33,697 bases of DNA from a virus (lineage: Duplodnaviria > Caudoviricetes): the IMG/VR virus record IMGVR_UViG_3300030109_001481, positions 1-33,697 of that record; one strand, written 5' to 3'. The position numbers and the translations under genes were made by a program. The notes under the pieces are model-generated. The model was given only the letters and a program-made list of their open reading frames with translations. It was not told the origin of the DNA and ran no database searches. Positions 19,247-26,354 of this stretch are shown here, piece by piece; position 1 is the stretch's first letter, and every line of letters starts with the position of its first letter.

Positions 19247-19355
19247 TTTTATAGAAAAAATATTAGAGTTCCTGGAAAATACTTTGCCTGTAATACTTGC
19301 ACCATTAATTATCATAATGATGATTAGAATAATTTATCAAATAATAACATACTAA
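19239..19355 (+). CDS. Small membrane protein (38 aa, not in ORF track)
   Basis: AAGGAG SD; MISFIEKILEFLENTLPVILAPLIIIMMIRIIYQIITY. Confidence 0.65.
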   Translation: MISFIEKILEFLENTLPVILAPLIIIMMIRIIYQIITY

Positions 19356-19365
19356 GGAGAATAGA

Positions 19366-19899
19366 ATGGCAAATAAACCAACTTTAGAAATTCCATTAAA
19401 AAGAGCGGTTAATATTAAACTTCTTTTTGATGAGCCAAAGATAGGGCATACATCAAATGGGGAATGGAGGTTGTATGGTGTCTTACATGGTGGGGTTGAA
19501 AAATCTTATTTTGCATCAGACAAAGCTCATGAAATGCTGCAACATTATTCAAAAGGTGATTGGGTAAATATAGAGCATAAACTACAAGCTGATGGAAAGA
19601 GAACTGTATATGAAGTAACACCTGGCAAGGAAGAAAGAAAAAGTGTTGAAAATAGCGATAAAGACCTTGCTATAAAATGGGGTATGGCTTTTAATAATGC
19701 GACAAAGCTAGTTAGTTCAATGCACAATGAAAACATTGATTTAAAAGGTTGGGTCAAAGCAATAGATAGCATTATGCCTGAAATGTATAGAATCGCTTGT
19801 AGTATGCCACAACAAGAAAAAGTTGTAGAAGAAAAAGTTATAGAAGAAAAAGTTGTTGTGCAAGAAGAACAAGTTTTGAAAGATGATATACCTTTCTAA
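19366..19899 (+). CDS. Putative ssDNA-binding/recombination protein
   Basis: OB-like N-terminal strands and acidic C-terminal tail ending DDIPF; strong SD. Confidence 0.6.
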   Translation: MANKPTLEIPLKRAVNIKLLFDEPKIGHTSNGEWRLYGVLHGGVEKSYFASDKAHEMLQHYSKGDWVNIEHKLQADGKRTVYEVTPGKEERKSVENSDKDLAIKWGMAFNNATKLVSSMHNENIDLKGWVKAIDSIMPEMYRIACSMPQQEKVVEEKVIEEKVVVQEEQVLKDDIPF

Positions 19900-20051
19900 T
19901 GTCTATATTCGTTAAAAGGGGTTCAATGTATATGATTAATTTCTATAAAGAATTATTAAATGATGGAATTATTCAAATAGATGGGGCAGCACATCAAAGG
20001 TTGAAGTATTTAGAAACCAAATTTATTAATGACAAAATCCGAAAAAACTAA
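19899..20051 (+). CDS. Small hypothetical protein (50 aa, not in ORF track)
   Basis: TAATG coupling; MSIFVKRGSMYMINFYKELL...KIRKN. Confidence 0.45.
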   Translation: MSIFVKRGSMYMINFYKELLNDGIIQIDGAAHQRLKYLETKFINDKIRKN

Positions 20052-20385
20052 ACTGAATAAATTGGTTCGTGAGTATGTGGTTCTCAGGGATAAAATGTGT
20101 TTGAGGTGTGGAAAGACAGAAAGACTTCATGCCTCACACATTTACCCAAAAGGCAAATATAGAAAAATGCAATTTGATGTTGATAATGTTAAGGCTTTGT
20201 GTTTAGGTTGTCATCTTTATTGGTGGCATAAACACCCGATAGAAGCTAAAGAATGGGCAGTAAAGGCATTAGGTAGGGCAAGGCTTAACAAATTAAAAAA
20301 ACAGGCTAATACAATCAATAAAAATAAATTAAATTTTAAAGAGTTAGAAATTGAATTAAAAAACAAAATAGGAGAAATAACATGA
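20029..20385 (+). CDS. NinG/Rap-like HNH nuclease
   Basis: 'REYVVLRD..CLRCG....LHASHIYP......FDVDNVKALCLGCH'. Confidence 0.8.
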   Translation: MTKSEKTKLNKLVREYVVLRDKMCLRCGKTERLHASHIYPKGKYRKMQFDVDNVKALCLGCHLYWWHKHPIEAKEWAVKALGRARLNKLKKQANTINKNKLNFKELEIELKNKIGEIT

Positions 20386-20540
20386 GAAGTAATTTATCAG
20401 GCACAGAAAAAGTCTTTTTTGATTCAATAATGAAAGACAAGGATCACATTACTAGCATTATGGAATCAATAATTGAAATCACTAAGATAATAAATTCAAT
20501 TCAAGATAGATTAACAAAGTTGGAGAAAAAAAATGGCTAA
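20382..20540 (+). CDS. Small coiled-coil protein (52 aa, not in ORF track)
   Basis: AGGAG SD, ATGA overlap; MRSNLSG...LEKKNG. Confidence 0.55.
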   Translation: MRSNLSGTEKVFFDSIMKDKDHITSIMESIIEITKIINSIQDRLTKLEKKNG

Positions 20541-21351
20541 AAGATTTATAGACACAAAGATATGGGATAAAGCATGGTTCAGGAAACTATCAACCAAGAA
20601 TAAATTAGTATGGATTTACTTACTTGGTAAATGTGACCATGCTGGAATATGGGATGCTGACTGGGAACTTGCAGAATTTATAATTGGTGATACAGTTACT
20701 TATGATGAGCTGCCAGATGTTATCAAGGATAAAATGGAATATATAAAGGGTGAGGAGCAATATTTTATCCCCTCATTTATTGATTTTCAATATGGTGAAC
20801 TTAAAGCAAATTCTAAACCTCACATGAGTGTTCTTAAAAGATTAAATGAAAAACATTTAAAAATAAGGGGTTTAGAAAGGGTTGTCATAACCCCTAAAGA
20901 TAAAGATAAATCTAAAGATAAAAAAAAAGTTAAAATAAAAGAAATAAAAGAACGAGAAAAAGAATTTATGGAAGAATGTAAAAGGGTTAATGAAAAAGTT
21001 GGATTAGATGGGGTTGAATTATTAAAATTTGTAGACTATTTTACTGAACCAACAACTTCTGGGAAGAAAATGTTATTTGAAACTAAACCTACTTGGAGTT
21101 TATCCAGAAGGCTGCACAGGTGGAAAAACAGTGATTTTTCAGTAAAAAGTAAAGATGATAAAACAAAAAAGAAACAGGATAGAATCAGGGAGTGGAAAAA
21201 ACAGTTTCGCCATGTTGAAGAAACTGGAGTATATATTGCATATTGTGTTAAGTGTGGGGGCAAACAGATGCCGAATACTGCATACCAATTAAGCCAGGGT
21301 TCAACTTGTTGCAGCTCAGAGTATGTTGGAACAAAGCCTAGCAATGTCTAA
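20533..21351 (+). CDS. Replication initiator protein (lambdoid-type)
   Basis: N-terminal 'KRFIDTKIWDKAWFRKL..KLVWIYLL..CDHAG', KDKDK linker, C-terminal 'FVDYFTE....KMLFE...TW.L.RRL..W', then a Cys motif. Confidence 0.75.
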   Translation: MAKRFIDTKIWDKAWFRKLSTKNKLVWIYLLGKCDHAGIWDADWELAEFIIGDTVTYDELPDVIKDKMEYIKGEEQYFIPSFIDFQYGELKANSKPHMSVLKRLNEKHLKIRGLERVVITPKDKDKSKDKKKVKIKEIKEREKEFMEECKRVNEKVGLDGVELLKFVDYFTEPTTSGKKMLFETKPTWSLSRRLHRWKNSDFSVKSKDDKTKKKQDRIREWKKQFRHVEETGVYIAYCVKCGGKQMPNTAYQLSQGSTCCSSEYVGTKPSNV

Positions 21352-21625
21352 GGAAGGTGAGCATATTATTGAATATATACTTAGGGTAACTCAACCAGAA
21401 AACCTTAGAGTTTCTATTAAAAATAAAAAAAGATACAATTCTTATGAAAATAGAAAACATAAAATTGATGATAATATTTTTTATTGTATTAAATGCAAAC
21501 ACACATGGAGTATTGTGCCAGGCTGGGTAGATAGGGCAAAGTGGAGAAAATACCCTGAAGGTAATATGCCAACATACAAGAAAAAAAGAAAAATTTGCAT
21601 ACCTTGCAGGAGTTTAAATGAATAA
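21344..21625 (+). CDS. Hypothetical Zn-finger protein
   Basis: CIKC...CIPC; likely start 21344. Confidence 0.6.
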   Translation: MSKEGEHIIEYILRVTQPENLRVSIKNKKRYNSYENRKHKIDDNIFYCIKCKHTWSIVPGWVDRAKWRKYPEGNMPTYKKKRKICIPCRSLNE

Positions 21626-21833
21626 CCTTGAATTATTTGATATGCCACCTAAAGAAAAAAATGGCGAAATTGAAAATACAAACATTGAACATTTAGTCAT
21701 AGCATTTGACCAGGGCAAAAAAAAAGAAATGATAAGGATGTTAGAAAAATTATGTGATGAAAACAATATAAAGGTTTATGCAGATTTTCTGTATAAAATA
21801 GTTAAGGAGGAGTATGAAAAAATTAATAGTTGA
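21618..21833 (+). CDS. Small accessory protein of the TET/JBP cassette
   Basis: AGGAG SD; overlaps the start of the dioxygenase gene; 71 aa. Confidence 0.55.
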   Translation: MNNLELFDMPPKEKNGEIENTNIEHLVIAFDQGKKKEMIRMLEKLCDENNIKVYADFLYKIVKEEYEKINS

Positions 21834-22722
21834 TTTTAAAAAACAACCAGAGCAGATAAAACATATAAAAGATACTTTCGCAAAAAAAACAGACTACGAC
21901 CATATAATAGATTACGACTGTTCAGTTCATAATAAACTTGGAAAACCTGTTTTGTTTTTTGTTAAAAACTATATTGAACCAAGTATATTGAAAAATGCCT
22001 ATGAATCAATGAAAAACGCAGCATCACCAACAGATAACAGGGGTTCGGCTAGTGGTGGGGAAAGAAAATTCTCAAAAGATAAAAATGGGAAATTGACAAA
22101 AATAACAAGGACTTATATTCCTGGTACTGATACCCTATTAAAAGTGAATAGCGGTGTAGCTGGTTATTTTGATAGGGCAGCTCATTTAGATTTCTGCAGA
22201 ACAACTGCTTACAACCAAAAACATTTAGATAGGTTTCAAAATGCTTTACCTTTAATAAAAACAGTTGATAAGGGTTTTAAAGAATTAGTTCCTGAAAGGT
22301 ATAAAAAACAAAAAGAAATGATAAAAGCGACCGATCCAAATTACAGAATTGAAAATACTGCATTTACAACGATTACAATCAATAAAGACTATAGAACAGC
22401 CTATCATTATGATGACGGTGACTATCCATTAGGGTTTGGTAATTTGGTTGCGTATTGTAGGGATATTGAACCGATGTACCTGGTGCTGCCGAGGTATGGG
22501 GTAGCAGTACATCTAGATACGAATGATTTATTATTGGTAGATGTACACGAATTACATGGGAACACAGAATTCATACCTAATGGGGCAAACCCTGTTCGCC
22601 TTTCTTTTGTAATGTATTACAGGGAAAATATGTGGAAATGCTTACCCCCTAAAGAAGAATTGAAAAGAATACAAATGAACCAAAGAACAACAGCCCAAAA
22701 ATATTTGAGGGGGGAAAAATGA
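21814..22722 (+). CDS. TET/JBP-family 2-oxoglutarate/Fe(II) dioxygenase (5-methylpyrimidine oxygenase)
   Basis: 'SGVAGYFDR...CRTTAY', 'FTTITIN..YRTAYHYDDGD' (HxD), distal 'HGNT', 2OG-binding 'RLSFVMYYRENM'; SD AAGGAGG. Confidence 0.9.
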   Translation: MKKLIVDFKKQPEQIKHIKDTFAKKTDYDHIIDYDCSVHNKLGKPVLFFVKNYIEPSILKNAYESMKNAASPTDNRGSASGGERKFSKDKNGKLTKITRTYIPGTDTLLKVNSGVAGYFDRAAHLDFCRTTAYNQKHLDRFQNALPLIKTVDKGFKELVPERYKKQKEMIKATDPNYRIENTAFTTITINKDYRTAYHYDDGDYPLGFGNLVAYCRDIEPMYLVLPRYGVAVHLDTNDLLLVDVHELHGNTEFIPNGANPVRLSFVMYYRENMWKCLPPKEELKRIQMNQRTTAQKYLRGEK

Positions 22723-23450
22723 AATATCAAGAATATTGGATTGGTGTTATATCTAGCAATAGACCTGGAAATATAAATAAAATGCACCAAATTCTTAAAT
22801 TTGAACCGACTTGGTATGTAGGCAAAAATGAAAACCAAACGTATAAAGAATCTAAAAACATTGTTGAATCTGGGGGGTTATGTGAGAGTAGAAATGCTTT
22901 ACTTAAAGAAGCATTCAATAGGGATTTAATATGCGTTCAATTAAGTGATGACCTGTATAATTTAAAAATAGCTAAAAATAAAAAAGAAAAAGCAGACATT
23001 GAATTTTTTGATGCTTTAGAGGTTATAAAAAATTCTATGCTTAATAATGGTTCTTATTATGGGGGCTGTGCTCCTACCGACAACGCTTTTTATTTTAACG
23101 AAGAAAAACCAATCTCTTTTGATAAGTTTATTGTCGGGGATTTTATAATGGTAAGACCTTGCAATGTTTTTTTTGATGAAAGTTTAAAATTAAAAGAAGA
23201 TTACGATTATACTTTGCAGCATTTAAAAAGGTATAATAAGGTTTCTAGGTGTAATAATATCCTAGCTTCTTTCAAACATAGAACGAATAAAGGTGGTGCA
23301 GTTGATGTAAGAACAAGTGAATTAGAACAAAAAACAATAAAACAACTCCATGATAAATGGGGGGAACAAATAGTTTTAAACCCGAGGCGTGAAAATGAAA
23401 TATTAATGAAATATAAAAAAGGTTTTAATAATCAAGAAGGATTATTTTAA
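22719..23450 (+). CDS. TET-associated glycosyltransferase (GT-A, GREB1/JGT-like)
   Basis: N-terminal 'ISSNRP', 'SRNALL', 'QLSDDL', 'FDESLKLKEDYDYTLQHL', 'NKGG'; ATGA-coupled to the dioxygenase. Confidence 0.85.
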   Translation: MKYQEYWIGVISSNRPGNINKMHQILKFEPTWYVGKNENQTYKESKNIVESGGLCESRNALLKEAFNRDLICVQLSDDLYNLKIAKNKKEKADIEFFDALEVIKNSMLNNGSYYGGCAPTDNAFYFNEEKPISFDKFIVGDFIMVRPCNVFFDESLKLKEDYDYTLQHLKRYNKVSRCNNILASFKHRTNKGGAVDVRTSELEQKTIKQLHDKWGEQIVLNPRRENEILMKYKKGFNNQEGLF

Positions 23451-24160
23451 TGCAAGGTTCATTATTCTTTAATAGAAATAATTGCAATTATGTTCATCAA
23501 ATATATGGCTTGTATGGTGATAATAAAAAAATGAGTGAATTATTTAAAAAAAGCTGTTTAGAATTTAAAAAATGGTCTAAAAAAAATAATTATAAATACA
23601 AACTATGGGGGAAAAAAGAATGCGATTCTTTAATTAAAGAATTCCCTAAATATATAGAAATGTATGAAAAATCAAGATATCCAATAATGAAATGTGATAT
23701 TGCTAGGCTGTGTATTCTCTATAAGTATGGAGGACTGTATAGCGACTTAGATTGTTTCCCTAAAATTAAAGAAATGAAAAAAAGCGATTTAGTTCTCACA
23801 ATTGATAAAACAAGTTCAGGAACAAAAAGGAAAAATGGAAATGAGGTTGTTACGAATGAAATAATACAGGCATCAAAAAACAATGTTTTTTTATTAGGCT
23901 TTTTAGATTACATAAAAACACAAATAAAAGAAAAAGAAAAAATTGAAATTTATAATGTAAGAAAAGCCAGGTTTGTTCTCCATACGACTGGTCCTTATGC
24001 TTTGCAACGCTTTTTAAAAAAAAATGATTGTGAATATGATTTGTACAGAACTAATCAATTAGAATTTGAAAAAAATTGGAAATATGTAGGGCTAGGCAAG
24101 ACTGATGATGTGGACTTTATAGCTCATGATTCATTGTCTTGGTATGGTTGCTTAAAATAA
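23450..24160 (+). CDS. GT32/OCH1-like DxD glycosyltransferase
   Basis: 'VHQIY', 'YKLW', 'KCDIARLCILYKYGGLYSDLD', 'TTGPYAL', 'H...SW'; TAATG-coupled. Confidence 0.88.
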   Translation: MQGSLFFNRNNCNYVHQIYGLYGDNKKMSELFKKSCLEFKKWSKKNNYKYKLWGKKECDSLIKEFPKYIEMYEKSRYPIMKCDIARLCILYKYGGLYSDLDCFPKIKEMKKSDLVLTIDKTSSGTKRKNGNEVVTNEIIQASKNNVFLLGFLDYIKTQIKEKEKIEIYNVRKARFVLHTTGPYALQRFLKKNDCEYDLYRTNQLEFEKNWKYVGLGKTDDVDFIAHDSLSWYGCLK

Positions 24161-24189
24161 AAAACATTATACCCTTAAGAAGCAGTTAA

Positions 24190-24244
24190 TAAAGTGTTTG
24201 CATATATAATAATTATGTATTAATATTGGTTATGAATAAAATAA
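24190..24244 (+). promoter_or_regulatory. Early promoter P2
   Basis: TTGCAT (24198-203), 17 bp, TAATAT (24221-26); two blocks identical to P1 at identical spacing. Confidence 0.7.
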
Positions 24245-24258
24245 CAAAAGGGTTAAAA

Positions 24259-24483
24259 ATGAATATAATTACTATAGTAAATAAAATGTGCCTTCATAAT
24301 AATTTTATGCCTTCAGAATTATATACTTTTAATGGTGGTGATGTGTATGTTCGCTATGAAGTAAAAGAAAAAGTAGAGTTTGATAAATTATTAAAAAAGT
24401 TATCGGATTTATGGCTGCTAGGTGTTGTCAATTACAGTGTTATTTCTTGGAGTAATTGTGAAGTAAGAATCAAGGGGGCTTAA
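24259..24483 (+). CDS. Hypothetical early protein
   Basis: First gene after P2; start 24259 or 24232. Confidence 0.6.
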   Translation: MNIITIVNKMCLHNNFMPSELYTFNGGDVYVRYEVKEKVEFDKLLKKLSDLWLLGVVNYSVISWSNCEVRIKGA

Positions 24484-24668
24484 TGATGATAACATTTGGT
24501 GAAATGTGTGATAATTTAATTGATTATGCAATAGCAACTCAAAAAGAAATACAGTTAATAACTAGCATTAATGGTTCTTCAGTTGATACCCTTAATCAAA
24601 TATTGTATTCTAGAGTAGGATATAGGGATTGGAAGCAGTACATGGAATGTGAAGGTGGGCTAGAATGA
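24483..24668 (+). CDS. Hypothetical early protein, paralog of 17351-17578
   Basis: Shared DY.IAT..EIQL.T.ING...GYR motif. Confidence 0.75.
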   Translation: MMITFGEMCDNLIDYAIATQKEIQLITSINGSSVDTLNQILYSRVGYRDWKQYMECEGGLE

Positions 24669-25135
24669 ATATTTTTGTATTAAGCGAAAACCCAATAAGG
24701 GCAGCGCAAATGCAACATAATAAACATGTCGTAAAAATGGTGTTAGAATCAACCCAGATGTTGTGCAGTGCTTTTGAACCTAAACATGAAGCACCTTACA
24801 AAAGGGCATATTTTAATCACCCCTGTACAGTATGGGTAAGAACAAGTGCAGATAATTATAAATGGATGTTATTACACGCTATCGCATTAGCAACAGAATA
24901 TACTTTTAGGTATAAAAAAACTCATGCTTCTGAAAAAGTTATCGCCTGGTGTTGGAATAATTATGAAAAGTTTATAGACTTCCCTGAAAAAGGTTTTACT
25001 AAAAGACCACTAGCTATGCCTAAAGAATATAAAACTGATGATGCAGTAGAATCTTATATTAATTACTACTTAGGGGAAAAACTTACAAGTGCTAAATGGT
25101 CAATTAGAAAAAAACCTAATATATTTAACCTTTAA
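24665..25135 (+). CDS. Pyrimidine-dimer DNA glycosylase/endonuclease V-like protein
   Basis: 'MNIFVL...KHVVKMVLESTQML...YK.AYFNHPCTVWVR.S..NY.W......LATEYTFRY.KTH...PLAMP.EYK..DAVESY..YY'. Confidence 0.8.
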   Translation: MNIFVLSENPIRAAQMQHNKHVVKMVLESTQMLCSAFEPKHEAPYKRAYFNHPCTVWVRTSADNYKWMLLHAIALATEYTFRYKKTHASEKVIAWCWNNYEKFIDFPEKGFTKRPLAMPKEYKTDDAVESYINYYLGEKLTSAKWSIRKKPNIFNL

Positions 25136-25153
25136 ATAACCCTATAATAACCC

Positions 25154-25197
25154 TTGCACTATTAAAAAACCCTTATTATATTTGTTTGTGAATAAAA
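25154..25197 (+). promoter_or_regulatory. Early promoter P3
   Basis: TTGCAC (25154-59), 17 bp, TATATT (25177-82), then TGAATAAAA at the same offset as in P1 and P2. Confidence 0.7.
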
Positions 25198-25219
25198 CAA
25201 TAAATAAGGAGTTAAAAAC

Positions 25220-25435
25220 ATGAAAAAAGAAAATAAACAACTAGAAAAAAAGACTGCCACTGTTTCTGTATGGAAAAACGGAGCATTTATTGAAGGTAGG
25301 GAATTAACAGAAGCACAATACAACCATGAAAAACAATGCCAAGCAGATGACGAAGATAGACATATTGGTATTATGAATGCTGAAAAAATAAATATTGATT
25401 TAGTTAATGACTTTATGGAATCATTTGATATTTAA
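25220..25435 (+). CDS. Hypothetical protein in a stand-alone transcription unit
   Basis: TAAGGAG SD; lies between P3 and a terminator. Confidence 0.7.
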   Translation: MKKENKQLEKKTATVSVWKNGAFIEGRELTEAQYNHEKQCQADDEDRHIGIMNAEKINIDLVNDFMESFDI

Positions 25436-25457
25436 TACTAACCACTAAACCACTAAA

Positions 25458-25495
25458 AAAAGCCTCTATTGATTTAGGGGCTTTTGTGTATTTTA
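25458..25495 (+). terminator. Rho-independent terminator (possibly bidirectional)
   Basis: AAAAGCCTCTA-TTGATT-TAGGGGCTTTT hairpin flanked by A and T tracts. Confidence 0.75.
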
Positions 25496-25547
25496 TAAAA
25501 CACCTCTTTTAATATAAATTACAAACTATATTTTAAAGGAGTTAATT

Positions 25548-25634
25548 ATGCCTAGAGGCAAAGGAACATATGGAAAAAAGGTTGGCAGACCTAAAAAGAA
25601 AAAATCAAAAATGAAAAAGCGTGGAAAAAAATAA
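25548..25634 (+). CDS. Very basic 28-aa peptide (not in ORF track)
   Basis: AAGGAG SD; MPRGKGTYGKKVGRPKKKKSKMKKRGKK. Confidence 0.7.
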   Translation: MPRGKGTYGKKVGRPKKKKSKMKKRGKK

Positions 25635-25800
25635 AGAAGGTGTTGTATTAACAACTGAATTAGTTGGCATTAAAAATTTAAAGACAACAGGCAACTATCG
25701 CTTAGAATTTGATGTGTATGAAATAGACACAAGTAAAGTAAAAGAATTAATTGATAAGCTCAATAAGGCTTATGTTATGGCATTAGTAGAATATGATTAA
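25621..25800 (+). CDS. Small hypothetical protein (59 aa, GTG start)
   Basis: Open frame overlapping both neighbours: ...IKNLKTTGNYRLEFDVYEID...VEYD. Confidence 0.55.
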   Translation: MEKNKEGVVLTTELVGIKNLKTTGNYRLEFDVYEIDTSKVKELIDKLNKAYVMALVEYD

Positions 25801-26038
25801 TAATAGTGGCTATAATGGTTTCTTTAATAAAATGAGGAAACAAGCAGATAAGATGGAAAAAGAAAGGGCAGCATTTATTAAAGGTCTAAGCACTAAAGCA
25901 ATTAATGAAAGATTATTAGGTATAAAGAAATTAGAAAAAAACAAACAATCAGAATTTGAAAAAAAAGTTCTAAGGCTAACCAGGGAAGAACTGAATGAAG
26001 AAATAGCTAGAAGGTATGATAAAAAAACAAACAGCTAA
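25793..26038 (+). CDS. Hypothetical helical protein
   Basis: 81-aa ORF overlapping its neighbours. Confidence 0.55.
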   Translation: MINNSGYNGFFNKMRKQADKMEKERAAFIKGLSTKAINERLLGIKKLEKNKQSEFEKKVLRLTREELNEEIARRYDKKTNS

Positions 26039-26354
26039 CAAACGGAGTAATGGACAGTTTGCAAAAGGAAACACCCTGGGCAATAGGTGGCAGAAAGGCG
26101 AATCAGGAAACCCTAATGGTAGAAAAAATGCTTATACTGATTTAATAAAAGATTTTAGTTTTACTAAGCATGGTGAAAAAGAAAGAAGAGAAATTGTTGT
26201 AAGTAAATTATTTCAATTAGCAGAAAGGGGTGATTTAAGGGCAATTCAATTTATAGTAGAAAGATTAGAAGGTAAGGCACTAGACAGGCAAGAAAGAACA
26301 ACCAAGTCAGAGCCTATACAGGTAATGGTCATAGATGATTCAGTGGACAGTTAA
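26016..26354 (+). CDS. terS: Terminase small subunit (DUF5681-like)
   Basis: 'WQKGESGNPNGR...A..GDLRAIQFIVERLEGK'; immediately upstream of TerL. Confidence 0.8.
   Translation: MIKKQTANKRSNGQFAKGNTLGNRWQKGESGNPNGRKNAYTDLIKDFSFTKHGEKERREIVVSKLFQLAERGDLRAIQFIVERLEGKALDRQERTTKSEPIQVMVIDDSVDS

Noticed and set aside
19820-19856. GAAAAAGTT tandem repeat
   Set aside because: Encodes a low-complexity EEKV linker before the DDIPF tail; no sign of a separate function.
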